Assembly (NCBI GenBank): GCA_024679065.1
Contig: JAGIQG010000008.1
Coordinates: forward strand, 68,200,001-68,264,000
Source: Sphyrna mokarran
Lineage: Eukaryota
Length of the DNA: 64,000 bases
Direction: 5' to 3'
Positions 49,740 to 62,340 of the stretch are shown here, piece after piece. The notes under the pieces are model-generated. The model saw only the letters and a program-made list of their open reading frames with translations, did not search any database and was not told where the DNA came from. The translations under genes were made by a program, and so were the position numbers. The number at the start of each line of letters is the position of its first letter. Within the stretch, counting starts at the first letter, position 1.

Positions 49740-50825
49740 GAGGGACATTTGTTTGCCCAGAAACAGGGGCCATCCAGCTATTCTAATCTCATTTCTCAGC
49801 ATTTGCTCCATAGCCTTGTTTGCCTCAGCATCACAATTGCACATCTAAATGCTTCTTAAATGTTATGAGGATCGCTGCCTCCACCACTCTTTCAGACAAT
49901 GAATTACACTTCCATCATCCTCTGGGTGAAATTGTGTTCCTCACATTCACTACAAATCTCCTTACTTTAAATCTATGCCAGCTGGTCTTTAAACACTCCC
50001 ACCTGTTTCTTCCCTTCTACTCTATCTATGCCCCTCATAATTTTATACATCTCAATCATGTATTGCCTCCCCCCCAAATCTCTTCTGCTTCAAGAAAAAC
50101 AACCTCTGTCTATCCAATATCCATAACTAAAATTCTCCAGTCCATGCAATGTCCTGGTAAATCTCCATTGCACCCTTTCCAGTGTTATCATATTTCTCCT
50201 ATAATATGGACTCCAGAACTGCACACACTACTCTTGATGCAGCCTAGCCAATGTTTTGTTTAGTTCCAGAATAACCTCTTTGATCTTAAACTCAATGCCC
50301 CAGCTAATAAAGATGTATACTGTATGGCTTTTTAAAAACTTTATCAATCTATCCTATCTTAAGGGCCCATTGTCCCTCTGATACTCAGTGATTCCCAAGA
50401 CTCTGCCATTCATCATATATTCCTTTGCCTTGTTTGTCCTACGTAAGTGCATTAACTCTTACTTATCTGGAATGAATTCCCTTTGCCTCTGATCAGCCCA
50501 TCTGACCAACCTGATTATATCTTCATGTAATCCAAGGCTATCCTCTTCACTGTTTACCACTTCACCAATTTTCATAACATCTGAAAACTTATTGATCAAC
50601 CCTCCTACGTTTAAGTCTGGATCATTTATATAAACCACAAACAGCAAGGCCCAACCCTGATCCCAGTAGGACCCTTGTGGTCGCAATCTTCCTGTCAGAA
50701 AAACATCTTCGACCATCACCCTCTGCTTCCTGCCACTGAGCCAATTCTGGATCCAATTTGCCAAATCTCCTTGGATCCCGTGGGCTCTTATTTTAATTAT
50801 TAAACTCCCATGTGAGATCTTGTCA
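49740..50825 (-). mobile_element. Old CR1 3' half
   Basis: WIQNWLSGRKQRV...LFVVYIND motifs. Confidence 0.8.
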
Positions 50826-51721
50826 GAAGAGTTTATGGGCCTCAGAGCTTCACATGGTTGTACTGCTTTGCTGATATTATTCCCCTACCTTTATAATACG
50901 AGTTATTGTCTCTATGACATTCAAAGCACACATTTGTAAAAAAGAGCAGTATCATCACACGAAACTCAGTTATAGAAATCTGTTTTTTCTGGAGCGGTGT
51001 GGGAGGAGGTGATGATGGGAGGTAGCGGCTGTTGTTTGGGGACCTTGTGCCACAGCATGGTATTTTTATTATAAATTCGCCTGAATGAAAAGCTGCAGGT
51101 CCCATCTTCTGTCACTAGAGGGAGACCTGATTATATTTAAAAAAGTTATTTATTAAAGTTTATTTATCTGCATCAAAGATAGGCTTACATAGAGGCCTTA
51201 ATGCAAGATTATGATGATGAACAACACAAAACTGATTGATAAATCATGTTAAGTGATGAAAAATAACAACGTTTGATCTTGGATCCTGAACTCAAACGTT
51301 TCCACATTTCTGCTATCTCTTTTAGGTTATAGGCAATGAAAAGTTGTGGAACTGAATAGTAATAGAGATCAGTGGACTGCGTATTAAGGATGATATGCAT
51401 AAAATAGATTTTAAATTGTTAGTTAAGAGTTTTCTCTCATCAAAGTAACAGAATCCTTTGTCTAACTGTCTGTGTGCTGAAAAAAGAGCATTTATGTGGT
51501 ATCTTTCATGACTTCTCTTTATATTCAGTGAAACACTGGTCGTTTGGAGTGAGGGATTGATTTTGTAAATTTGCATAACTTTTAGTAAGAGGGATGTTAC
51601 TTCACAGGAGAGCTGAGGGCACCTTATCTTGGCAGCACAAATATACAGTGCTATCGTCATAAACAAGGGTTCAATGTCCCCTTCAGCAAAAAATTTTATT
51701 TGTGCTTGAGTGGATGACACT

Positions 51722-52015
51722 AGCACGGTAGTACTTACTGGGATGATGCACTGCTGCCTCACAGTACCAGGGACCCAGGTTCAATTCCGGCCTTGGGTCA
51801 CTGACTATGGAGTCTGTATTTTCTTCCTGATGCTGCGCTTTCCTCCCATAGTCTAAAGAAGTGCAGATTGGGTTAATTGGCCATGCTAACTTGACCCTAG
51901 TGTCTGGGTGACTAGCTGGGTAAATATGTGGAGTTACAGGAATAGGGCCTGGTAGGATTGTGGTCAGTACAAAACTGATGGGTGGAATGCCCTCCTGTAT
52001 TATCAGGATTCTATA
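51722..52015 (+). mobile_element. HE1-like V-SINE
   Basis: gcactgctgcctcacagtaccagggacccaggttcaattcc; ttggccatgctaa. Confidence 0.82.
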
Positions 52016-52317
52016 GTTCAAAAGAAGATCACATATCCAGTCTAAATCTTTCATACTCGTGGAGGGGAAGTAGCATTCAAACTTCTCTTCAGTGGTTTAA
52101 GATGTGGAGATGAGATTGACTATGATTTTATCAGCTGGTTTTGCTGATACCAATTTCAACACCTCACACAGCATGCAAGCCCCTTTAACCAGTCTAAAAA
52201 AAATCCAGACCATGCATCAGTAGGAGATCAAGGTTTATCGAAGCTAGGAAATGCTGACTACGGAGCTGAAGACAAAGGCTAGGTTTCCTTAGACTCCTTC
52301 CTTAACTATAGCATCAG

Positions 52318-52810
52318 AGGGACCAGATTATTGGTGACCTAGACACGTAGAAACTTGAAGCTGTTAACCATTTCCATTTCATCCCAGTTGAGGTAGATCA
52401 GGGCATGTCCTGCACTATGCTTCCTGAAGTCAATGGCTATCTCCTTTGGTTTACTGACATTTTGAAGGAGAGATTATTATCATTCACCGTTTCATCAGAT
52501 TCTCTATCTCTTTCCTATACTCCATCTCATAATTGTTTGCAATCCGACTCACCACCTTGCTGTCAGCAGCAAACTTGAAAATTGCATTGGAGCAGAATTT
52601 GGCTATGCAGTCATAAGTGCATAAAGGGTATAGCTGAGGATATGGTGCGAGGCACTGATGTTGAAGATAATTGTGGAGATTTTGTTGCTGTCTATCCTTA
52701 CTGATTGCCATCTGTGGGTTATGAAGTTTAGGATCTGGTCACAGAGGGAGGAGCCAAGCCCTAGGCCACGGAGTTTAGAGATGAGTTTTGTAGGAATGAT
52801 GGTGTTGATA
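52318..52810 (-). mobile_element. Rex1/Babar-type RT fragment
   Basis: TYDCIAKFCSNAIFKFAADSKVV...EYRKEI (ORF 52484-52711) followed by TKG-IDFRK-like sequence. Confidence 0.75.
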
Positions 52811-52986
52811 GTAACAACAAAGCTAACCTACCCAACCCTCAGAGACTGTGGAGGTGAGTGATCCATGTACATTGAGAGAATAGAAAGGTTTACAATAAAG
52901 TGATCACTGTTATGTTCCTACATTAAGCCTTAGCCAAAACTTGGGGTGATAATACACAGCCAGAGGAAATTGCAGGAGGAGCAAAA

Positions 52987-53026
52987 ATTGCTTCTCGGAC
53001 TTTTGGCTAAGATCAAGTGTAGTATC
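52987..53026 (+). pseudogene. U2 snRNA 5' fragment (nt 1-40)
   Basis: attgcttctcggacttttggctaagatcaagtgtagtatc versus U2 ATCGCTTCTCGGCCTTTTGGCTAAGATCAAGTGTAGTATC: 38/40 identical, includes GTAGTA; no Sm site or 3' domain. Confidence 0.9.
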
Positions 53027-53288
53027 GACATGTAATGCTTTGTTGAAGTCATTAGGTTACATTTTAGCTTCATTTGAAGCAATTTTTAAAAACGACATCT
53101 TGGCCTTTTGGCTAAAATGCAGATGAGACTCAGCCTTGGAGGAGGAGCTATGCCTACTCCAATCAGTTTGGAATATGTAGGTCAAGCCTAAGACAGGAAG
53201 TGAGAGTCCTGTCTTGTCAGCTTGGATCGGGAATGTCTCAACTTGTTGAGACCCTGAATTGCATTTGATTTGATTGAATTGGAATAAA
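52987..53288 (+). mobile_element. Candidate U2-headed SINE-like element
   Basis: Two U2 5' fragments, three hairpins, (ttga)-rich tail; flanking direct repeat agcaaaaat (52980-52988, 53289-53297). Confidence 0.6.
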
Positions 53289-55699
53289 AGCAAAAATAAA
53301 TCCGTCAAGATATGTCTGTGTTACATGGCAATATAAAATATCTAATATATCTATGTAACAAAGTGAAATTTAATATCATTAATCATTGAAATTATGCTTT
53401 CACCTATGATATTCATTATCCAAAGAAAATTAAAAACTAACATTTAAAACTGCCACATCAATTTTGAACTGTACCCCCACTCTGTCACCCCAGGACAAGA
53501 ACTATCCTTTCCATATTTGGTTACTAGCCTGACCTCAGGCTATTCTATGTCACTCCTTGCTTGAGAAAAATATGAATATCACAGTGTTTGCTAATGTGAA
53601 GTACTATCCCTAAAAAGCACTTTGGTAATCTCATGCCCTAATTACTCACTGGACATTACCTACACTCCAACTGCAATTTACAACTGGAACTTTTGTGTGG
53701 CATCTGCTAAAGGTTTCTCTCTCGAAGAAACTTTGATTCCTGTCCCTTCTTCTTACAGGACGAGCACTTTAGTACTGTGTGTTGGGTTCTTGACATTCAA
53801 AGCTGAATGTAGATAATTGCATACTGTTACATCTTTCACTTGCTCATTTCTACACAAGCAAACGTCATGGTTCACAACTTAAATGAATGTAAACACTGTT
53901 TGAAGACCTGCAACCAATGACTTAGCAAATATTCTTCATGGAGCCAGCAGTTCATTGGTGCACAGTGTGTGTTTTGGACCTGAACCAGCCCACACCCTTA
54001 AAGGTGGAATTGGAAAACTTGGGAATGGAGTCAGAAATCCCAGCACTGGGTCCCAACCACCATCTTAAAAGGATTCCTAAGTCATCCCAATCAGTGAAAA
54101 TCCATGACATAATCTCAGGATAATGGGGTGACCATTTTCACACTCGAAAAGGCAATAAATATCTTTCCTCTATACCAGAAGACTATATATGCCCAGTTAA
54201 TGAATACATTCAAACTGAGATTAATCGATCATTGGACACTATGGGGATCAAAGAAAATAAGAATACTGGGGATAAGTTGGGAGATCAGCCATGATCTTTT
54301 AATGGGAGAGCAAGTTCGAAGAACGTATCCTTGCGCTCACTCCTTTTGTTCTTATGCCTGTCAATGGTTCATAAGCCTGGTTAGAAATTAGAGTAACATT
54401 CACTCCATCTGTCACAGCAGTGTATGGTTATGTAGGTTTAACATTAACCATTGAAGGATCATGTTAGACTTGATTCATTAACTCTGTTTCACTGTCTCTC
54501 CATTGATGTGGCCAAGACTGGCAGAGTTTTTCCAGTAATTTCTGATCTTATTTCAGATTTCCAACAACTCCAGTATCTTATTAAAATCATCTAAGATCAT
54601 ATTGAATGACAGGAAAGTCTTGAAGAGTCAAAAAGCCTGCTCCTGCACCGTTTTTTTATGTCCCCAAAACAGTGAGTTTGAACAGAGAGCATCATATAGC
54701 ATATTATGTGGCAAAGGTTAAGCAGGAACATGCAGGGAATTACTTGGTTCAAGTCCTCCTTTGGCTGAAATCTAGTGCTAGGACCCATCTACAGAAGCAA
54801 TTTGCTGTTTAGGTTTGACCTCCTACTAGTTCATTTGAAAGTGCCCAAAGCACACTGTAAGGTGTGGGTACATGTGTAGGGGAGTTTTCTGGAATGGTTT
54901 GGTCAAGTAATCTGCATCCATACCAGTATCTGAAGCAAAGTTGCAGAGGTTCAAAGTACAGTTTCAGTAGCTCTGTTTGCTATATTAGAGGCTGCCAGTT
55001 CCAAACAGCTTCTCTTGCTGGCAAAATGATCAAGAGCCAATATACAGGACTTCACTGCCATTGTTACAGTTCAGAGATCTACTCCAGAGCATTCAGTCGT
55101 TACTGAATCATCATCTAGGATGCAATTTCTCACACTCTTGCATATTTACTGGCAACTCCAGCCTTGAATATTGCTGGCCACTCCTTGTGTATGAGATAGT
55201 TATTAAGGATAAAGTAGAGTGAATACTATTGAAGTTTCAGTGTATTGTGTCCTAGGAGCTAAAGCATTTTGATTATTTGAGATTGTGAAAAGCTGACAGG
55301 ATTGAATAGTTGTGGGACAGTAATAACGAAAGCAATTACCGAGATTTTGATATCAAAATGAGGTCATAAGTCAATGTAAAATGCTTCCATAGATTGTACA
55401 GCTGTCTTTCACACTGGAACAACAGTAGCCGGGTGGCCTATTCCTGCTCCGAATTTATATGTATATATAAGGCTTTAATATTCTTTTCATCACCTGGTTG
55501 TTTAGATCACTTCCATAAATAATAACACAGTGATGTTTGAATTACTGTGTTCTCTGCAATTTTTAGTGGCAACATCAAAACAGGCTTGGTGGAAAACTGA
55601 GTAGATTTGTATCTACTCAGGCTTTATTCCTTCAGCTGAGTATCAATTGAATTGTACGTTGATAGATTTGAAATACAATAGATGTGGCGACAATAAACA

Positions 55700-57545
55700 T
55701 CCTAAACTCCCCATATTAACCAATATTCTGGAGGTTACCAGTGACCAGAAACTGAACTGCACTAATCATATCAATACTGTGATTACAAGAACAGATCAGA
55801 GAATGTGAATTCAGTACACAGTAACTCACCACCTGACTCCCCAGAGCCTGTTCAAGATACAAATCAGGAGTGTTACGGAATATTCTCCACTTATCTGGCT
55901 GAATGCAACTCCAGTAATACTCAAAGAATTGGACATCATTCAGGTGAAAGAAGCCTGCTTTGATTGACATCCTTTTCACAAACTATTATTTCTATGATTC
56001 TAACCACTCATTCCGATGCCACCAGCAAACATTGGCAGTAATGTACACCATTTACAAAATGCATGCAGGAATTCGCCAGGGACCCTTAGGCAGCACCTTC
56101 CAAACCACAACCACTACCATCCAGACAGACAAGCAGCAGATACCTGGGAATACCAACGTTTGGAGATTCCCTACAAATCATTCACCATCCTGACTTGGAA
56201 ATATGTCACCATTCTTTCATTGCCTCTGGTTCAAAATCCTGGAATTCCCTCCTTAACCACTGTGGGTGTACCTACAACACATGGACTGCAGGGATTCAAC
56301 AAGGCAGCTCATCACCATTTTATTGAGGGCAATTAGAACATAGAACATTACAGCGCAGAACAGGCCCTTCGGCCTTCGATGTTGCGCCGACCAATTAGGA
56401 AAAAGCAATGACCCTCTAACCTAAACCATTCCTTTTTCATCCATAAACTTATCTACTAACCTCTTAAACGCCACCAAACTTGGCGCATCTACAACTGCAA
56501 CAGGCAGGGCATTCCATACCCTTACCACCCTCTGTGTAAAGAACCTACCTCTGACATCTGTCCTATAACTACCACCCCTTAATTTAAAGCTATGTCCCCT
56601 TGTGCTAGCTTTCTCCATCTGAGGAAAAAAGCTATCACTGTCCACCCTATCTAAACCTCTAATCATATATGTTTCAATAAGGTCTCCTCTTAGCTGCCTT
56701 CTTTCTAACAAAAACAACATCAAATCCCTCAGCCTCTCTTCATAAGATCTGCCCTCCATACCAGACAACATCCTGGTAAACCTCCTCTGTACCCTCTCCA
56801 ATGCCTACACATCTTTCTTATAATGTGGGGACCAGAACTGTACACAATACTCCAAGTGTGGCCGCACTAAAGTTTTGTACAGTCGCAACATGACGTTGCG
56901 GCTCCGAAATTCAATCCCTCTACCAATAAAAGCTAAGACTCCGTATGCCTTCTTAACAAGCTTATCGACTTGATTGCCAACTTTCAGGGATCTATGCATA
57001 TATACACCAAGATCCCTCTGTTCATCAACAATATTAAGAGTCCTACCATTAGCCCTATACTCTACACATTTGTTATTCCTGCCAAAGTGAATTACTTCAC
57101 ACTTTTCCGCATTAAACTCCATTTGCCACCTCTCGGCCCAGCTCTGCAACTTGTCCAAGTCTCTCTGCAAACTATAACACCCCTCTTCACTATCTACCAC
57201 TCCTCCGACTTTGGTGTCATCCCCAAATTTACTAATCCATCCTTCAATACCCTCATCCAGATCATTTATAAAAATTACAAACAGCAGGGGCCCCAAAACA
57301 GATCCCTGAGGTACACCACTTGTAACCGAACTCCACTATGAATAACTTCCATCAACCACCACCCTCTGTCTTCTATCTGCTAGCCAATTCCTAATCCAAT
57401 TAGCTAAATCACCCTCAATCCCATACATCTGCATTTTCTGCAGAAGCCTTCCATGGGGCACCTTATTGAACGCCTTACTAAAGGGATGGGCAACAAATGC
57501 TGGCCTGACCAATGATGCTTATAACCCATGAAAGAATAAAAGGAA
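55700..57545 (+). mobile_element. CR1/L2-type (second family) 3' region, split by the CR1 at 56336-57481
   Basis: Tail gagggcaattag at ~56335 resumes as gggatgggcaacaaatgctggcc at ~57483. Confidence 0.8.
56336..57481 (-). mobile_element. Young CR1, 5'-truncated (same family as 32783 and 63565)
   Basis: ORFs 56421-56801 and 56805-57296 are nearly intact RT C-terminus; aacatagaac tail. Confidence 0.93.
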
Positions 57546-58376
57546 TGCAACAGTGTACTCCATTTTTGTTTTCTGTGTGCTCTTGTTGCCACTAGTGACC
57601 AGCAGTATCTCCAGAGAAATAATGTAAATGACTGTATCATGGTGGAGAATCTAGATGGATAGTCCCACTTGGAGTAAGGACTGGGATGTGGGTGCTGGGG
57701 TCCTGCCTACTGCAGAATGCATGTTAAGCTTTCTCTGTTTAGGTGGCATTAGTTGGATTGTCAAAACTACTGCCCATCATGATCTGCCTACCATGCATAC
57801 TTCTGATAGATGTTTTTAACGATAGCGCTAACAAGTGCCTTCAGTAAAGTTGTACTAAAAGTGCTGAAAGTATTAGAGAACGGATGCCATTTTAGCATTT
57901 GAATGGCACCAAAACTATGAATACTGCAGCAATATTAAATAGAGCACATTGTTGAACAGGCAATGTTGCACATGCAGTATATTGGCTACATCTTTCAGCC
58001 ATTAATTTGACTATATTTTGCCATTTCAACCCATTATTGAAATAAATGAACAGCAAACCCATTATAAAAATTTCAGAATCTTGATTTTGATGTATATTAA
58101 AGTTGTGCTGATATGATCAGAATATTATGTACATGCGAACCAATGATGCCTGCCATTTTGCTAGTTAGATAAATAGAAAAGAGTTCAATTTGCAGGGCTA
58201 AAGAACTTTCCTCCCATTCTTTCAGAGGGAATTATTTCAAATCTAAGTAGGACTATCTGCACAGTTGTGTTGGTGGGAAGCTGCTGATAGAGTCAGAGAA
58301 AGAGGGAACCAACATGAGAAAATAATCTTTCTGTTACCAGAATTACCTGATACAAGCATATCTGTCCACAATAATA

Positions 58377-58529
58377 TGATGTGGAGATGCTGGCATTGGT
58401 TTGGGTAAGCACAGTAAGAAGTCTCATAACACCAGATTAAAGTCCAACAGATTTATTTGGTGCCACAAGTTTGTGTGACCAAATAAACCTGTTGGATTTT
58501 AACCTGGTGTTGTAAGACCTCTTACTGTG
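58377..58529 (-). mobile_element. Penelope-type mini-insertion with 52-bp imperfect inverted repeat
   Basis: tgatgtggagatgctggc terminus; arms 58410-58461 and 58478-58529. Confidence 0.8.
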
Positions 58530-60768
58530 GTCCATAGGTAGGCGTGACTCTTCTTCAATATTATTATGAAGACAGATGCCCTGATTTTAAGGGAGCAGGA
58601 GTTGAACAGGCAGAAGCCAAATGAACCGACTTCACCATGGCAGCATAAAGCAAGATTTTAATTTCCAGCTTTCTGTCTGAAACTGGTAGAAAGTTGAGCT
58701 GATCAGATAGGATAATGTTGGGTAGCTGGGGACCATCCAGGAGGAAGCCAATCCTCTGGAATGTCAATTGGGGTGGGAGTAGGGAATGCGTGAGCAATCT
58801 AGCATAGGGACAACCTCAACTTTCCTAATGCGGCCAAGTTGAACAGTCCTGCCCTCTTGGTCCCAGATTTCTCCCCTTCAATTTGTTTAGTGGGCATCCT
58901 TTTTGGGCCTCTTGTTTAAAATAACAATTATGTTCAAAAGGTATGGCAGGACCTGTAAATAATCCTGGTGAGCTATCCTCGGAGTCTAATTTAACAGAGA
59001 AGTAAAGGCCAGTTTGTACCCAGTTAAGAAAATAACTGCAAGAGAGCAGAGAGCCAGTCAACTATTAATGATCCTGAAATTCTGTGAGGTTCCCGTGGTC
59101 TGCTACAGTAACACCACCAGAGATCGGCATCACCTCCACAGAAATAATATTAGTGATTGAGTTACGGTGGAGACACTTAAAGAATTTACAATTTGTTAAA
59201 ACCAAACCCATCCTTCACAGAACTCTACGTTGTTGATATTTAGAATCCTATAACCAGACTCCATCTGCCAGTTTTTTTTACCTCAATTATAAATGTTCAT
59301 GTCTGTTTATTTTAAGAAGAAAATAGATTTCTGGACTCTAGATTCTAAAGGTGTCAAGGGGTATGGGGAGAACAACGGAGTATGGCTATGAGATGGATGA
59401 TGAGCCTTGATCATATTGAATAGTGGAGCAGGTTAGAAAGGCCAAATAGCCTACTACTGATTTCTATATTTCTCCAGTTGTCTTGGGGACAGTTTGGGGT
59501 CATGCTCCCAAAGCCTCAATCAATATCGTATGGAAACTCCCATCAGAAAATATGCAAGGGTGGTTTGCAGTGACTTACTCTGTGATCCCTCCTTGTTGCG
59601 AAGTATTGCTTGTCTGACACTGAATAGCTTTTGAAATACTCCTATGCTGTAGATGATAGACACAAAACTTGAGTCCTGCCCTTTCCCAGGCACAGAGTGC
59701 CTTGTCTCCAAAACATTCTGCTACTTAAGTTCTTAGAGTGATTTTCTCGTAGATTTAGTGGGGATAAGGAAAGGATTTGTCATAAAAAGTACCTATATTT
59801 AGTTTTCAAACCTGGAGATAAATGAGAGCGGATGTTAACAACAAAATAATGAACTATTTCATTTAACTAATCTTAAAAATAGGATTTTCGTCAGAGAAAG
59901 CTGAGATTGTTTGCGCTAAAAGGAACAGTGTTGCAATTTGTTGAAAAGCTCCCTAGGGCTCCAATTGCTGAATAACCCAGCTGTTGAATTGCACTCTGTG
60001 ATAATTCTCCAGCTTTGGAACCGTGCTAAGAATCCTGAATAACATCACTGAGTGTAGGTAGTGTGTGCTGTTGACAAACAAGGCTGAGACACAGTAAATG
60101 GGGATGGAGTGATACATTCTCATCACTGCTCTGCAGTGAGTAAAAATTCTCTCGCTAAAAGAAAGGAATAATTTAACCAGACCAAGGGCCAAATCTTGGT
60201 CAGCAATGATCTATTAATTCCTCTGTTACTAATGTTGAGCTCAGTGTGATTGGCACCCTTCCAGAAGGGAGAGAATTATTAGTATTAATTCATTTGTATC
60301 TAAGACCAATGTCTGAGTCACTGTGATAAAATTATGTTTGTTAGTTATGTAGTAAGAATGATACCAGTATTTAGGAATGTTAATGATCAGCAGACACTGA
60401 ACAGGCTAAGATTGTTCTTCCTCCCTGTCAGAGTGAATGCTGAGGAGTGATAAAGCTTTTTGAAATGATGAAAGGGTTATCGAGAAGATGCTTCCATCTG
60501 AAAGGGACCAGAACTAGAGCTTGTGAACGTTAACAAGAGGCAGCACAGTCACTCAGCGTTTAGCACTGCTGGCTCACAGCTCCACTGACCCAGGTTCAAT
60601 TCTGACATCTAGTGACTGTCTCTTTGGAGTTTGCATGTTCCTTCCATATCTGGGTTGATTTCCTCCCATTTTCCAAAGATGTGCTGGTTAAGTGGATTGG
60701 TTATGCTAAATTAGTAAGAATTTAGCAACACTAATTTTTAATCCAACCGATTTATTTGATAGTAAAAT

Positions 60769-60803
60769 TGCGAGCTTTCAACACTCTGTGTCTTCCTCAG
60801 GCA
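60769..60803 (-). ncRNA. Minimal type I hammerhead ribozyme motif (inverted copy)
   Basis: Exact reverse complement of 60811-60845. Confidence 0.8.
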
Positions 60804-60810
60804 AATGCAG

Positions 60811-60845
60811 TGCCTGAGGAAGACACAGAGTGTTGAAAGCTCGCA
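60811..60845 (+). ncRNA. Minimal type I hammerhead ribozyme motif
   Basis: tgc-CTGAGGA-a-gacac aga gtgtt-GAAA-gc-TC-gca: stem I tgc/gca, stem II gacac/gtgtt, palindromic AGCT stem III, UC cleavage site. Confidence 0.8.
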
Positions 60846-61949
60846 ATTTTACTATCAAATAAATCGGTTGGATTAAAAATTGGTGTTGTTAAATTCTTAC
60901 TGAGTTCTTACCACCCCAATCCAACGCCGGCATCTTTACATTATGCTAAATTACCCATTAGTGTCTCAAGATGGATTAGATTAGATGGATTAACAATGGG
61001 AAATGTGTAGGGTTATGGCGTAGAAGGCTTGGGTAAGATGCTCTGTCAGAGAGTTGGTACAGGCACAATGGGCCAAATGGCTTCTTCTGCGCTGTCGGGA
61101 TTCTATGAAAACGCCAGGAATTGAGAAGAAATGTCTTCCTCGAGAGCAGTTACAATGTGGTACTCGCTATGACAGTCATTTAGGTCTCTGATTTAGATGC
61201 ATTTAAGGAAAAACAGAGTAAGTCTACCAGGGAAAAAAAATAAAAGATGTGCTAGTAGGGTTAGATGAGTTAAAGTGGGAGGGGGCTCATGTGGAGCATA
61301 AGAATGTGTGGTGCTGTCCTGGATTTTATTCTCACACCTCATCATTGATGGTTTTATCGGGGTGGCTGAACCAACTCCTGAAATGCTGGAGGCCAGAATT
61401 CATCTTATTGACTTTAAATCTCTCCTGCAACAACCTTCAGTGAGAATGAGAAGTCACTGTGGGAGTAATTATACCTACTGACTTGCTGAATGCAAGGCAT
61501 TGTGTTGATAAGTACATGCATTACTTGTCAATGCCATCTCATTATGGGGGATTGATAGTGGTTAGCTGTGAAGTGGCCATCTTAATGAACCCTGGTAGAT
61601 GAACAATGACCAATGCTAAAAGAAAAAAATGTATAAAACAAACATGAGAACAGAAAACATTGGAAATGTACAGATTTGGCTATTGTGCCTGACACCTCCA
61701 AATAAAGAGAGTGGTACAATGTAAAGTATGGAGTGTGTGGAAAATGGCCCAATCTATTTCTCTCCAGCAATTTCACCAGTTTTCCACGTTTGCCCTGATG
61801 AGTTTGTGAATCATTAATCTTTTTTTCAGACATGGACTGGCTTTTTTTGTTTATCTTGTTTTTATAAAATTTGAAAGATTCAGCACAAGGTTGGGTGAAG
61901 AGTGCTGCACAGTTTTATTTTCAAAGAGCCAATCAATGAAATTTAAAAC

Positions 61950-62340
61950 CCTCAACCTGACTGCCCCCCCCGCCCCACTGATCTGACCCTAATGTTCCTT
62001 GACCTGACTACCTCCTGACTGCCCCCACCAACCGCCCCCCTGCCCCAATCCAACTACCCATTGACTGTTCTGTGACCTGACACTAATACCCACCCCCTGA
62101 CCTGACTACCGTTGGCTGTTCCCCCATTCTAATAACCCACTTATTTGACTGCTGCTGACTTAATCTGCCTGCCCCTACCCCGACCTGATTACCTGATTAC
62201 CCTGCTGACCTGACCACACAGCCACACCCCTCCACCCCCAATGCTAACCAACAATTCCCTTCCTCACCCGCCAATCTTGCCTAGGTACACAGTGATTCAG
62301 TCACATGTATGCTTACTGACGCAGTCACCCACTTGACTGC
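61950..62340. repeat. C-rich degenerate (acctg/actg/cccc) repeat
   Basis: Recurrent gacctgact and cccccc motifs. Confidence 0.6.

Larger units (their letters stand above)
60714..60940 (+). mobile_element. Penelope-type mini-insertion with 91-bp inverted repeat
   Basis: Arms 60713-60803 and 60811-60901 (2 mismatches); TSD ttatgctaaatta at 60701-60713 and 60941-60953. Confidence 0.9.
60538..61107 (+). mobile_element. HE1-like V-SINE within an old CR1 3' end (~60350-61310), itself interrupted by a Penelope-type hairpin
   Basis: ggcagcacag...tagcactgct head; V-domain split at gattggttatgctaaatta. Confidence 0.8.

Noticed and set aside
52987-53026. Functional U2 snRNA gene
   Set aside because: Only nt 1-40 are present; no Sm site or 3' stem-loops, and no recognisable snRNA promoter.
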